In this document: positions 50,951 to 64,000 of the stretch, in pieces | Position numbering within the stretch: position 1 is the stretch's first letter | How the letters are laid out: the number at the start of each line of letters is the position of its first letter | Origin: Octopus sinensis | Lineage: Eukaryota | Length of the DNA stretch: 64,000 bases | Direction of reading: 5' to 3' | Assembly (NCBI RefSeq): GCF_006345805.1 | Contig: NC_043014.1 | Span: 13,330,001-13,394,000 of the forward strand | Position numbers and translations under genes: made by a program | The notes under the pieces: model-generated | What the model saw: only the letters and a program-made list of their open reading frames with translations | What the model was told of the DNA's origin: nothing | Databases searched by the model: none

Positions 50951-52615
50951 TGAGCTGAAACTAGATAAAATATAAAAATATGTATATATCAAAATTGAAC
51001 CAAATTCGATGACTGGCACCTATGGCAGTGGAGCGCTAACAGCTCCATCCGAGTGGGATCACTGCCAGAGCAACCGTCTGGCTTCCATGCCGGTGGCATG
51101 TAAAAAGCACCATTTGAGCATGATTGTTACCAGAGTCGCCTTACTGGCACTTGTGCCAGTGGCACATGAACAAAACATTCGAGTGAGGTCATTCCCAGTG
51201 CCACTGGACTGACTCCTGTGCAAGTGGCATGTAAAAAACACCATTTCGAGCATGACTGTTGCCAATACTGCCAGACTGGCCCTTGTGCTGGTGGCACGTA
51301 AAAGCACCCACTACACTCACGGAGTGGTTGGCATTAGGAAGGGCACCCAGCTGTAGAAACTCTGCCAGATCAGATTGGAGCCTGGCGCAGCCATCTGGTT
51401 TGCCAGTCCTCAGTCAAATCGTCCAACCCATGCCAGCATGGAAAGCGGACGTTAAACAATGATGATGATGATGATATATGTATATATATATATATATATA
51501 TGTGCACAGATGTGTGTGTGTACTCTTGTCATTACATCATCATGCCATGATTGTAAATGAACATCACCATCATATAAGCAGTGTAGTTTGCTTCTAGTCT
51601 TGCATGAAAGAATGTCTGGTCATAGGGAAATATTACTTTATGTGGAAAAAGTTGAGGTTGGCAACAGGAAGGACATCAAGTTGTAGAAAATCTGCTTCAA
51701 CAAATTTCATCCGATCCATGCAAGCATGGAAAAGTGGACATTCAATGATGATAACGATGGCGACGTGTATACTCTTAATGAAAATCTCATGCATAACCAG
51801 CATGACAGTATGAGATAACAGCGGGCCTTTAAATAAACTTACAATCCGTCTCACAGGTTTCTATACAAACCAGGAGCTAAACAGCAAACACGATAAGGAG
51901 ACATCTTCACGAACCAGTGGAAGAATTCCCAATATTACCAACAATAGTCAAAGAAAAGGTGGCGAGCTGGCAGAAACGTTAGCAAGCCGGGCGAAATGCT
52001 TTGTGGTATTTCGTCCCCCACTGCGTTCTGAGTTCAAATTCCGCCGAGGTCGACTTTGCCTTTCATCCTTTCGGGGTCGATAAATTAAGTACCAGTTACG
52101 CACTGGGGTCGATGTAATCGACTTAATCCCTTTGTCTGTCCTTGTTTGTCCCCTCTATGTTTAGCCCCTTGTGGGCAATAAAGAAATAAGAAAAGGGGGA
52201 AAAAAATACTTCATAGATATTGACAAAAAATTCTCAAGTTAAAATTTATTCAAAACATCCAACATTATAAACATCAGAAACACTTTTTAGTTTCACCAAA
52301 TAATCTTACATCATATATACTCTTGTACATAAAAATTCACACAATAACCTTCTCTCTAGCTCTCACACACACACACACACATATATACTGCCCGTTATAG
52401 TAATCTGGTTACAGTGAAATAAATTGTTTATGAATATGATACTTCTCGCACAGCGAAAAGACAATGAATTCATTAAAAACCAATTGCAAAGCCCACTTAG
52501 TCTGTAGAAACAGCTTAATTGGAAGGATATAGGATAGGCTTGCTTCGGCACTGGTAAAACACTTCCAGGTAATGTCCATGAGTTCAGGCCTTCACATACA
52601 CAATATAACAGACTC

Positions 52616-55600
52616 CGTGGCATGGGTGCCTGTCGTCGGATGAGGTTCGATATCGACTTCGCTTGCCTCAACCGATCTTTGTGTGTCCAAGGGAGGAAAG
52701 GCACGCATAAGTGGGCTGGACTCACTTGTCCTGCCTGGTCTTCTCACGCACAGCATATTTCCAAAGGTCTTGGTCGCTGGTCATTTCCTCAGTGAGGCCT
52801 AAAGTTCGAAGGTCGTGCTTCAACACCTCGTCCCAGGTTTTCCTGGGTCTACCTCTTCCACAGGTTCCCTAAACTGCTAGGGATTGGCATTTTTTCACAC
52901 ACCTATCTTCATCCATTCTCGCCACATGACCATACCAACGCAATCGTCTCTCTTGCACACCACAACTGATGCTTCTTAGGTCCAACATTTCTCTCAAGGT
53001 ACTAACACTCTGTCGAGTATGCACACTGACATTACACATCCATCGGAGCATACTGGCTTCATTCCTCGCGAGCTTACGTATGTCCTCAGCAGTCACGGCC
53101 CATGTTTCACTGCCATGTAGCATGGCTGTTCATACACATGCATCATACAGTCTGCCTTTTACTTTGAGCGAGAGGCCTTTAGTCACCAGCAGAGGTAAGA
53201 GCTCCCTAAACTTTGCCCAGGCTATTCTTATTCTAGCAGTTACACTTTCAGCGCACCCACCCCCACTACTGACTTGGTCACCTAGATAACGGAAGCTATC
53301 AACTACTTCTAGTTTTTCCCCCTGGAAAGTGACGGAAGTTGTTTTCTGCAGATTTTCAGAGTTTATTGCTCCTGAGCATCTGCCACATACAAAAACTATC
53401 TTCCCAGTTAGCCTTCCTTTGACATTGCTGCACCTCTTATGTGTCCATAGCTTACACTGGGTACATCTTATAGAGTTTCTACCTACACCTTTTCTACAGA
53501 TCGAGCAGGGCCATCTTCCTGAAGACATTTGTGGTTTGTCTACCTTCCTACTTATTAGTGCTTTGGTTTTAGCGAGGTTGACTCTAAGGCCCCTCGAATT
53601 TAAACCTTCCTTCCACACCTGGAACTTCTCCTCCAGTTCTGATAGTGACTCAGCAATTAGAGCAAGGTCGTCAGCATATAGGAGCTCCCAGGGGCAACCT
53701 GTCTTGAATTCTTCCGTAATTGCTTGGAGGACTATGATAAATAGGAGGGGGCTGAGGACTGAACCTTGGTGGACCCCAACCTCTTTGAATTCTGTGTACA
53801 TGTTACCAACCCTAACCTTACTTACGGCATCCCTGTACATCCTTGCACAGCCCTCACCAGCCATTCATCTATCCCTAGTTTCCTCATTGACCACCAGATA
53901 AGGGATCAGGGGACCCTGTCAAAGGCTTTCTCCATGTCAACGAAAGCCAGGTACAGAGGCTTATCTTTGGTTAGGTATTTCTCCTGCAGCTGTCTCACCA
54001 GAAATATGGCATCAGTGGTGCTTTTCCCTGGCATGAAACCAAACTGCATCTCATCCAAGTTGACTCTCTCCCTAATCAGTTGGGCTATGACCCTCTCTGT
54101 AACCTTCATTACCTGATCCAACAGCTTGATACCTCTATAATTATTTGTATCTAGGGCGTCTCCTTTACCTTTGTAGCAGTTGACTAGTATGCTGCTACAC
54201 CAGTCATTGGGTATGACTCCTTCGTGTATCACCTGGTTAACTATACGGGTGACTAGGTTATAGCCGACACTACCAGATATTTTGAGCATCTCTGCAGTAA
54301 TTCCTGATGGGCCTGGGGCTTTCCCTGTCTTCATGCTTCTAATTGCCTTAACTACCAAAGAATTGTCAACTCGGATGGACGGTCCCTGTTGGGTTGACAT
54401 TCGGCAGACTCTCTTTATCCCATTCATTTTCTCTATTCAGCAACCTTTCATAGTGGCATCTCCAAACCTCTCTCTTTGCATCCTCATTTAGTGCAAGTGA
54501 ACCATCATCCATGCGGACACATTTCTCTCCTACCACATCATGATTCTCTCTCACACACTGTCTTGCAACACGAAATACCTCAAGTCTTTCATCCTCACGG
54601 CGCAGAACATTGGCAAATTTTTTCTTATCCGCTTCCCCTCTGGCTAAATATACCCGTCTCCTAGCTTCCCTTCTGGCTGTCTGATACAATTCCCTGCTAC
54701 CACCGTTCTTCCAGTCCCTCCAAGCCTTTTTCCTTTGTCTAATAGCCCTGTCAACCACATTGTTCCACCACCACATTACTCTGGGTCGAGATGGGACTTT
54801 GCTCCATCCACAGATCTGGTCAGTGGCTGTCAGCAGATTGTCTCGTAGAAATCTCCAGTTGTCTTCCACATTAAGTGAAGCTATATCCCCTTCTATTTCG
54901 TCAAAGGCTTCAAGTAGTATGTCTCTAAATCTCTGTCCATTTGCAGGATCTTTAAGCTTCCAGACACTTCTCCTCCAAGCTGGTCTTCTTCTGGGCAACC
55001 ATTTAGCTCTGATCCTGAAGTCGCTAACTACTAATCTATGTTGAGGAGTACATTCTTCGCCTGGAAAGGTTTTGGCATTTATAAGCAGCCCTCTTTCCCT
55101 CCTTCTGGCAGGATGTAGTCAATCTGGCTAGTGTGTCTGCCAGAACGGTAGGTGACTAGGTGAGAGGTGGGTTTCCTGAAGTTGGTATTGCAAACCATAA
55201 GGTCATTTGCATCGCAGAACTCCAGCAGCCTGGTTCCCTCCTCATTTCGAGAGCCAAAACCATAGCCTCCATGAATGCCATGGAAGCCCCCGACATGCCG
55301 TCCAACATGTCCATTGAAATCACCTGCCACAAAGAGGTCACTGTCATTTGTCAACGAGGTAGTCCGCAATAGGGTGTCGTAGAATTGGTCTTTCTGTCCT
55401 TCTGGTAGCCCTGGTTGAGGGGCATATGCCGAGATGATGGTAGCTGACCTATGGTGAAGCACAATCTAATCTTAAGTACTCTGTCACTTACTCTGACTAC
55501 CTCGATTACCTTATCTACCCATTTCTCCGCAAGAAGTATACCCATGCCCCCGACCCCATCAGTGTTCCCTGCCCAGAAAATCTTGTACCTGTGTTCCTTG

Positions 55601-55770
55601 CCTGTGAGGAGCCTAGCGGAACCTCCTCTCCACCTTACTTCCTGGATGCAGCATAAATCCACACGTCTCCGTTCAAGCAGCTCAACAATCTCCCCAGACC
55701 TACCTTTCAATGTGCCAACTCTGAGGGTGTGGGAGGTGTGGGCCTCTGAGACCCTGGGATGAGGGATAGC
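52616..55770 (-). mobile_element. Near full-length RTE-clade LINE (APE endonuclease + reverse transcriptase), frameshifted
   Basis: Consecutive - strand ORFs. Endonuclease: LCCIQEVRW, SAYAPQ, GDFNGHVG, SQIDYIL. RT: YKGKGDALDTNNYRGIKLL, QFGFMPGKST, DMEKAFDRVP, GVHQGSVLSPLLF, LLYADDL, FRYLG. C-terminus: LHGSETW..RRLRWYGHV. Several frameshifts and an in-frame stop near 53905. Confidence 0.95.
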
Positions 55771-56449
55771 CGTGTCATATAATCACATCCAATAGTGTTA
55801 CACTGCTAAACTCAGTGGGCATTTGAGCAATGAGTTCATGGATAGTTGATGGGTTGGATGTGATGCTGATGAAAGAGCAATAACTCTTGAAATATGCATA
55901 GACACTCATTACTTTTTTTTATTTTCTATCTTTGATTGCATTGTTTACATAGAATTTTTCCATATATGAAATGTCATAACTTGCAGTTCTGGCTCTGAAT
56001 TCCTATGGGGATAAATTTAAGGATATATATATATATATAGTGTCTGAACTGGATTAAAGTTAGTCATTATGGAGGAAGGATAAATTGAATCAATCTGCAA
56101 TGTTTTGGTACTTAGCTTACTGAACACCCACAGATGAAAGGGCTAACTCTATCTCAAATGGTATTTGAAGATAAAATATAAATGAACACAACTACAATTT
56201 CCACCAACTTGCTACCATAAGATGTGATATTTGTGTAAGTATGCATACGCATGTGTGTGTGTGTGTGTGTGTGTGCACTATCTTTACTACTTCTACAATT
56301 TAGCGTACTCGCGGAGTGGTTGGCATTAGGAAGGGCATCCAGCTGTAGAAACACTGCCAGATCAGACTGGAGCCTGGTGCAGCCTCCTGGCTTCCCAGAC
56401 CCCGGTCAAACTGTCCAATCCGTGCTAGCGCGGAAAACAGACGTTAAAC

Positions 56450-56480
<31 letters not shown>

Positions 56481-56649
56481 AAAGTTGGGATTCATCAATC
56501 AACTTCTTTGCATATTAAATATTATTAAAATTTTAATTCATGTATTTTGTCTTAATATTTAAATCAGTTTCGTTTTTCTTTAAAAAGTGTTTGTTATTAT
56601 CCCTGACTTTTAATGAAAATGACAAACCACAAGAGAAAGTGCAATGTGC

Positions 56650-57410
56650 ATCCTGGTTCATAGAGAACAAATCAGACACTCAGATGCAGTAGAAGAATGG
56701 AAAAGAACCACCAACTTGTGTAAGCATCAGTGCCTGGCATAAAATGTTTATGGAAACTGTAAGTATCTTACAGAAAAGAGGGTCTGGGCAATCAAGAACA
56801 TCCATAGATGTTGAGCAAATTGGAGCAACATTCATCATAGCTCTGCAAAGTCCATTTGTACTGCAAGTGGACACTTAAGTTTACTATGATCAACAATTCA
56901 CAAAGTTTTGCACAAGATCTTGAGGTTTTTATGCTTATAAAGTGTAATTTTTGCAAGCACTTCAGCCAGATGATAAACCCCCCCAAGGAAAACAATTTGC
57001 AATGGATGTGTTTAGAAGAGGAAGACAAAGGATTCTTTCAAAAGATCTGTTTCGGTGATGAAGCAAAATTTCACGTATCAGAAATGATACATGAATAAGC
57101 ACAACATCAGGATCTGGGGTTTGGAAAACCCAAATGAAACAAAACAATTGGAGAGAAACAGCTCAAAAGTCAATGTTTGAGTTGTTAGGTGCAGCTTACT
57201 GTTTGAACAAGGGTTTGGTTAATTTCTTTTGGCAGAAGAAATGATTACTTAATTTTTTTACAAGAATTAATTGCATTACAGTTGCACCAATTGCAACCCA
57301 CAATTATTTCCAACAAGATGGTGCACCGTCGCATTGGGGGTCAGAGTTTCTTAATGAAGCATTCTGAAACTTGGTGGATTGGAAGAGGCGGTCCAGTTCC
57401 CTGGTCACCA
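56650..57410 (+). pseudogene. Tc1/mariner-superfamily transposase relic
   Basis: KICFGDEAKFHVS, NIRIWGLENP and PTIIFQQDGAPSHW across frameshifts. Cut at the WxPxSPD region by an RTE insertion. Confidence 0.75.
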
Positions 57411-58100
57411 GATGCTGTAGTGAAGGTGGATGCTCAGAAACTGTTACCACTAGAATAAGAATAGCCTGGGCAAAGTTCAGAAAGCTTCTACCCCTACTGG
57501 TGACAAAGGGCCTCTTGCTCAGAGTGAAACGTAGATTGTATGATGCATGTATGCGAACTGCCATGCTTCACAGCAGTGAAACATCGGCTGTGACTGCTGA
57601 AGACATGCGTAGGCTTGAAAGAAATGAAGCTAGCATGATCTGTTTAATGTGTAATGTCAGTGTGCATACACAACAGAGTGTAATCACCCTGAGAGAAATG
57701 TTAGACATAAGAAGAATCAGATGTGGTGTACAAGAGAGACATTTGCATTGGTATGGTCATATACTGTGGATGTAAGAGGAGAGCTGTGTGAAGAAGTGCC
57801 ACTCCCAAACAAAGGACGGAATCCGAGGTAGACATGGGATGAGGTAGTGAAACATGACCTATGAACGTTGGGTCTCACAGAGGCAATGACAAAAGAGTAA
57901 GAACTCTGGAGGTATTGCTGTGACTGAGAAGACCCAGCAAATAAAGTGAGTCCACAGTTGTAACCTACACCAGTGTCGCATAACCAGCCCACTCAAAAGT
58001 ACCTTGGATCGTAGGGCGACATGCTGTGCTTGAGGAGACCTATTGAGTCAAGTACATCGATATCAGCAATATCAAGATCAAATCAAATGGAAATTGTAGT
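57405..58100 (+). mobile_element. 5'-truncated RTE LINE fragment (same family)
   Basis: GCSETVTTRIRIAWAKFRKLLPLLVTKGL..RLYDACMRTAMLHSSET..RHLHWYGHI plus 3' UTR. Confidence 0.9.
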
Positions 58101-58999
58101 TGTGAGCCCTGTACCAGTAGCATGTAAAAAGCACCATCCAAACGTGGCCGATGCCAGTGCCACCTTGACTGGCTTCCATGCCGGTGGCACATAAAAAAGC
58201 ACCATCCGATCATGGTTGATACCTGCTCCTATGGCTCCTTGTGCCAGTGGCACGTAAAAAGCACCCAGTACACTCTGTAAAGTGGTTGGCATTAGGAAGG
58301 GCATCCAGCTGTAGAAACACTGCCATATCAGATTGGGGCCTGGTGCCGCCTCCTGGCTTCCCAGACCCCAGTCGAACCGTCCAATTCATGCCAGCATGGA
58401 AAACGGACGTTAAATGATGATGATGATGATGATTTGTAGCAGATGATTCACTGCTTTGTTCCTTTGCAGCTTCCATATTTTTTTACTTCTCTCATTGTTT
58501 TGTGTCCAGTCAGGTACCTGAATGAACACAGAGATGTTTAAAAACTCGGCATAGCAACAGAATTAATCATTACCTTCAAATGAATTATATACTTACATAT
58601 ACACACGTAAGTATATTAATTACTGGCAAGGATACAGTATTTCATTTTACAACCATAATATACAACAAATTTCATTAAAAGTTTATGAATCAATATTATG
58701 CCTTTTGTGTTAGCAGTGCAATGTTTTCATTTTTAAGTTTATCTCTACAGATTTTCCATACAATTCAGAGCCAGTACTGAAAGTCACGATTTTTCATATA
58801 TGAATATGTTTATGTAAACAGTGCGAACAAAAGTGGAACTCAAAGCAGATAAAGCTATAGGTAATAGCTTGTAATATTAGGTTAAAAAGCGCCTTCGATT
58901 TTTTCCATCGCAGGGGGGGTTTTTTCAATCCAGTATTTAAACTATTGTTTATAGCTTTATCTACTTCGAGTTCCAGCATTAAAAAAAAAAAAAAAGCAA

Positions 59000-59005
59000 T
59001 TTATT
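59000..59005 (-). promoter_or_regulatory. Possible CXXC1 polyadenylation signal (AATAAA on - strand)
   Basis: TTTATT on + strand ~290 nt past the stop, followed on the - strand by a U-rich run. Hexamer only. Confidence 0.25.
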
Positions 59006-59040
59006 TCACTTCTCTCAAAGTTTCTGAATTCTTATGAAAT

Positions 59041-59118
<78 letters not shown>

Positions 59119-59296
59119 TATACACACACACACATACATAGAATGAGAGACAGAAGAAAGGTATGTGTGTGTGTGTATATACATATATATACACACACAC
59201 AAAGAATGAGTGGTGAAGTCTTCAATGAAGGAGAAATGCGGGGAAATATGAAATATCTGTGTATGAGTAGGTGATATTTTGGAAGAGGGGTCATTT

Positions 59297-59443
59297 TCAT
59301 TCTACTAAAATTGGAGCTTTAATGGGAGTCAGGGGGTCGTGGTCAACAGTCTGGTGGAGCAACAAACCCAGGACACCCACTCGGTTCGACATGGCAATGC
59401 GAATGTTTCTTTCTTGTTCCATCAGCTCATCCAACTTCATCCA
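59297..59443 (-). CDS. CXXC1: CXXC1/Cfp1 terminal exon (WMKLDELMEQERNIRIAMSNRVGVLGLLLHQTVDHDPLTPIKAPILVE*)
   Basis: ttctcttttcAG acceptor, in frame with exon 63677-63829. Matches the Cfp1 W.KLDEL.EQERN.R.AM.NR.G.L.L.LHQT..HDPLT C-terminus. Ends in TGA. Confidence 0.95.
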   Translation of the reverse strand, partial: WMKLDELMEQERNIRIAMSNRVGVLGLLLHQTVDHDPLTPIKAPILVE

Positions 59444-59913
59444 CTGAAAAGAGAAAAAGAGAAGAATACATAAATACCCACACACATATTCATACGTGCG
59501 CACACACACACACACACAATCTTATAGCTTCGTATCTTATACTTGTTTCAGTCACTGCCTGCACATGAGCCCCAGGGCTTATTCTAGAGGTCTATATCAG
59601 CCGAACTGCTAAGTTACAGGAACATAAACAAACTAACACCTATTGTTAAACAGCGGAAGGCATACAAACATAGCACAAAGACACACACACAAACATATAA
59701 ACATGTGTCTGTACTGCTGCTGCCACCGCCACCACCACCACCACCACCATCTTTTAACATTCTCCTTCCATGCTGGCATGGGTTGGACTGTTTGACAGGG
59801 GCTGGCCAGGCAAGTGCCTGCACCAGGTTTCTGTGTTTGCTTTGGCAGTTTTTATAGATGGATGCCCTTCCTAACACCAACCACCCAGTAGTGTGTTTAT
59901 ATATGTATATACA

Positions 59914-59978
<65 letters not shown>

Positions 59979-62900
59979 CGTTCTGTCTGTCTGTGTGTGT
60001 GTGTGTCTTCTAGGATCTCGGGCATCCTCCATCTGATTGTACTCAAATTTCATATGCAGATACCGATGGTATCAGGGCGTTTATAAGTCTTGAAAAAATT
60101 ACAAAAATCGATTCCAGGTGAGAATGCGATCGATAAAGCCGTGGGAATGTACATTTGTACGCGCAAGTACATCAGTCGAAATCCGTCTTTTGCCGGTGTC
60201 TCAAATTTAGATTAAGTCAGTGTTTTTCAAAGGGGAGGCCTATGGGATGGTTGGACAAGTTGTTTTTTGAGAAAATTTGGTTTAAATGTTTGACAACTCA
60301 GCACCGTCCATTGGACGGAGGGGGGGGGGCGTTTTGCTCGTATATACATATATATATTATAAACATATATATATATGTGTGTGTGTGTATGTTTATGAGA
60401 GTGTGTTTGTGTATACACACACAAACACACAACAGGCTTCTTTAGGTTCATCATCATCATCATCATCCAGTGTTTCAAATCTGGGTTTTGTCCCTGTTAA
60501 CAGGGGTGACTGGATCTACCTCAATGCCATAACAACCGCCCTCACACCATCTCACCCTGTTTTGGGCATCTTCCCTTCTCAAGCCAACCCTCCCAATCTC
60601 CTCCTCAATCTGTCCCCTCCACGTTTTCTGCTTATCAAATTCACTCACAAGGCATAGGTGAGCTCATGGCTACAGCCTTTGTTTTCTTTTTATATTTGAG
60701 CAAAAATACTGAGGCTTATCATTGAGAATATACAGTGTAAATTTACACACACACACACATTATATACATACATATCTAAACTCTGTACATTTGTAAATGA
60801 GCAGCTTCAAATAGGGAAAACTAAACAAAACAGCAGGTAGGAGTTAAACCCATATCTTACATAACTGTGGCCACATTTAAGAGAGTGGAAAGGCAGCAAT
60901 TCTTCATACAGCAGTGAATAGCATGCATGCTTAATAAACAAGAGATTCAGGGTTCCATTCTCATCAGTAGATTTGTTTTTTTTTTCACTCACATGTAATT
61001 GCTAAGTAGCACCAGACCCGCTAATTGTGTAGTACATAATCGAAGGTATTCCAGGCATGACCATCCCATCTTTATATACTATATCCTACATCTTCTCATG
61101 CATGGTGCTACAGTTTGTATAACCAATCAAGTAGAACACTTGTTAGAAGGTATTCCAGCTGTGACCACCTCTACTTATTTTTTCAGACCCTGTGCATCTA
61201 GAATCATATTATCCAAGTTTCCCCCCTTGTTTAAGACAATAAGGGCATAATTTAAGGGAGTTTCAAAACTGTTTCTAGCAGATCAAGAAACTACACAGAC
61301 ACTCCTTCATTGACACACTAATGAAGGCATATGGCTTAGTGGTTAGGGTATTCGGATAATGATCTTAGGGTCATGAGTTCAATACCTCATGATGTGCGGT
61401 GTTGTTGAGCAAGACACTTTATTTCATGTTGCTCCAGTCCATTCAGATGGCAAAAATGATTTATGCCTGTAATTCAAAGGACTGGCATTGTCACATTCTT
61501 ATTTCTTTTTTTATTTCTTTATTGCCCACAAGGGGCTAAACATAGAGGGGACAAACAAGGACTGACAAAGGGATTAAGTCAATTACATCGACCCCATTGT
61601 GTACCTGGTACTTAATTTATTGACCCTGAAAGGATGAAAGGCAAAGCCGACCTTGGCAGAATTTGAACTCAGAATGTAACGGTAGACGAAATACTGCTAA
61701 GCATTTCGCCCGGCATGCTAACGTTTCTTATTTCTTTATCGCCCACAAGGGGCTAAACATGAAGGGGACAAATAAGGACAGACAAAAGGAGTAAGTCGAT
61801 TACATCGACCCCAGTACATAACTGGTACCTAATTTATCGACCCCGGAAGGCTGAAAGGCAAAGTCGACCTCAGTGGAATTTGAACTCAAAATGTAACGGC
61901 AGATGAAATACTGCTAAGCATTTCGCCTAGCGTGCTAACGTTTCTGCCAGCTCGCAGCAATGTGACAATGGCCTTGTCACATTCTGCATCATGCTGAATT
62001 TTTCTGAGAACTACGTTAAGGGTATGCGTGTCTGTGGAGTGCTCAGCCAATTTCATGTTAATTTCATAAGTGGGCTGTTCCGTTGTCAGGATCAACTGGA
62101 ACCCGCATTTTTGTAACCGACAGTGTGCCAGTATGACATGCTAATGAGGATCTACCAGAAACGATGTTTGTTATCAGCAGCTGAAACCGTTTATTAGAAA
62201 ATAAATGTGGAAGTGAATCTCAATGAGAGGCCTAGAACCAACATGTAGCATGGTCTAGGCCCTGCATGTAATACCTTGAATCTGACAGACCTAGATATGG
62301 CCAAATTTCAAGGTGGAGGCTACATACAGAGAATGATGCCTGTTGGCTACATACAGAGAAACTTTCCCATTTCTTCCAGTAGTTTTGGCAATTCTGCTAG
62401 AATTATGGGCAGTGTAATTTCTTCTTTGATTAACCTTTATTCACCATATTTCTGTTGAAATACATTTCCTTACTTTTAATTAATTTTGAAAACAGTGAAA
62501 AATTTAGTTAGACAAATGAGATTATTAAACTGGTGTTTAGAACATAAACTTTGTATTATAATTGTGATAGTTAAGATACCTGTGCCGGTATCCGTGCACC
62601 ATCCAAACATGGCAGTTGCCAGCGCCACCTGACTGGCGTCCGTGTTGGTGACACATAAAAGCACCAACCGATCGTGGCCGTTTGCCAGCCTCATCTGGCC
62701 CCTGTGCCGGTGGCATGTAAAAAGCACCCACTACACTCACAGAGTGGTTGGCGTTAGGAAGGCCATCCAGCTGTAGAAACACTGCCAGATCAGACTGGAG
62801 CTTGGTGCAGCCTCCTGGCTTCCCAGACCCCAGTCAAGCTGTCTAACCCCTACCAGCATGGAAAATGGACATTAAATTATGATGATGATGGTGTGCAGTC

Positions 62901-63676
62901 TCAGGTTGTTGTTGTTGTTTGTTCCTTCTCGAGCCACGCCTGGCTCATAGGGCCAGTTTCCCGGTCTCCTTGGTGTATAAGTTCCCCACCTGGACGGGAC
63001 GCTGGTCCATCGTAGGTGAGCTGCAAGAAGCAGGAGGAAAGAGTGAGAGAAAGTTGTGGCGAAAGAGTCAGCAGAAGTTCGCCATTACTTTCTGCCAGAG
63101 CTGCGTAGAGCTTAGGTGTTTCACTCATAAACACACACATCGCCCGGTCTGAGATTCGAACCCGCGATCCCTCACCTGCAATTTTCGACCACAAGTCCGC
63201 TGCTCTAACCACTAGGCCATGTTCCTCCATGCAGTTTCAGGTGGTTGGTATCAAAAGAGTTAACCCTTAACCCTTTAGTGTTCAGATTACTCTGTTAAAT
63301 GTAATACTTTTCCACTCAAATGTTTTGAATTAATCATGCATTATCTTATATCTTTGAGGTTTCAATGATGTGATTGTTTATATTTAGAATGACATTGTCG
63401 GGTAGGTGTGAGAGGCCAGATATCGCCAGTTTGAATATAAAACATGTAGAATATCTGGGCAGATATGGCCAGTTTAAACACAAAAGGGTTAACTAACAAA
63501 AACATACCAAGAGATTTTAGATTTACTAAGAGTGTATAGATATGTTAGAAATCACTAGAGTGAAGAGAAACACGACAGAATGACTCAGAGAGTGCAAACA
63601 TCATAGTTATCGGTAAGGTATAAGGAGATACAAGGATCTAAGAAAGCTATGCTTTTACAACTTCCGTTCAACTTAC

Positions 63677-63829
63677 TTGACGCACTCTTTCCATGTCTAT
63701 CTGTGCACGACGTAGTTTTTCCCAACAATAATGTTTGTTGCATTTGCGTTTTGGCATTCGGCAGAAATCTCCATTTTCTACAAAGACGTTGGAGAGGAGA
63801 GGGCAACCGCAGACTTCATCATTGCTGAC
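63677..63829 (-). CDS. CXXC1: CXXC1/Cfp1 penultimate exon (VSNDEVCGCPLLSNVFVENGDFCRMPKRKCNKHYCWEKLRRAQIDMERVRQ)
   Basis: tttctttacAG acceptor and GTaagt donor on - strand, 153 nt phase 0. Closely matches the Cfp1 C-terminal DEVCGCPL..GDFCRxPKRxCNxHYCWEKLRRA motif. The ORF track shows a wrong frame here. Confidence 0.95.
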
Positions 63830-64000
63830 CTGTAAAGAAAGAAACAGAAACGGGTTACGAGATGGCTTCGGTCGAAAGACAAAATATACTCGTCTTCATC
63901 ATCGTGATCATTCTAATGTCAGCTTCTCCATTTCTCCATGCTTGCATGGGGGGAACAGGATTTTGTTGAGGCAGATTTTCTATGGCCAGATGCCCTTCTT

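Noticed and set aside
63585-63806. ORF-track peptide MPSPLQRLCRKW..
   Set aside because: Off-frame reading of the CXXC1 exon 63677-63829.

Overview
AT-rich, repeat-dense, intron-rich animal genomic DNA. The SINE/LINE repertoire and microsatellite load resemble a coleoid cephalopod (Octopus-like); this is inference, not a database result. Two convergent protein-coding genes can be spliced from the sequence. (1) A + strand MFS transporter of the MFSD5/MOT2 (DUF791, molybdate-anion transporter) family: 8 in-frame exons from 2679 to 32234, a possible extra terminal exon at 39114-39153, and 5' exons outside the window. (2) The last two exons of CXXC1/Cfp1 on the - strand (63677-63829, 59297-59443). 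The rest is tRNA-derived SINEs, RTE-clade LINE relics (one near full length at ~52.6-55.8 kb), Tc1/mariner relics, MITEs, Helitron-like non-autonomous elements and long microsatellites. Most ORF-track entries are microsatellite or SINE artefacts. The most notable unannotated signal is a set of fold-back (inverted-duplication) elements, usually abutting (TA)n runs. Several carry type I minimal hammerhead-ribozyme motifs with palindromic stem III (Penelope-like/retrozyme-like). Two ~320-bp elements (29.0-29.3 kb and 44.6-44.9 kb) have diverged sequence but a conserved multi-hairpin architecture around the hammerhead. All structures were read by eye; no folding or search was run.
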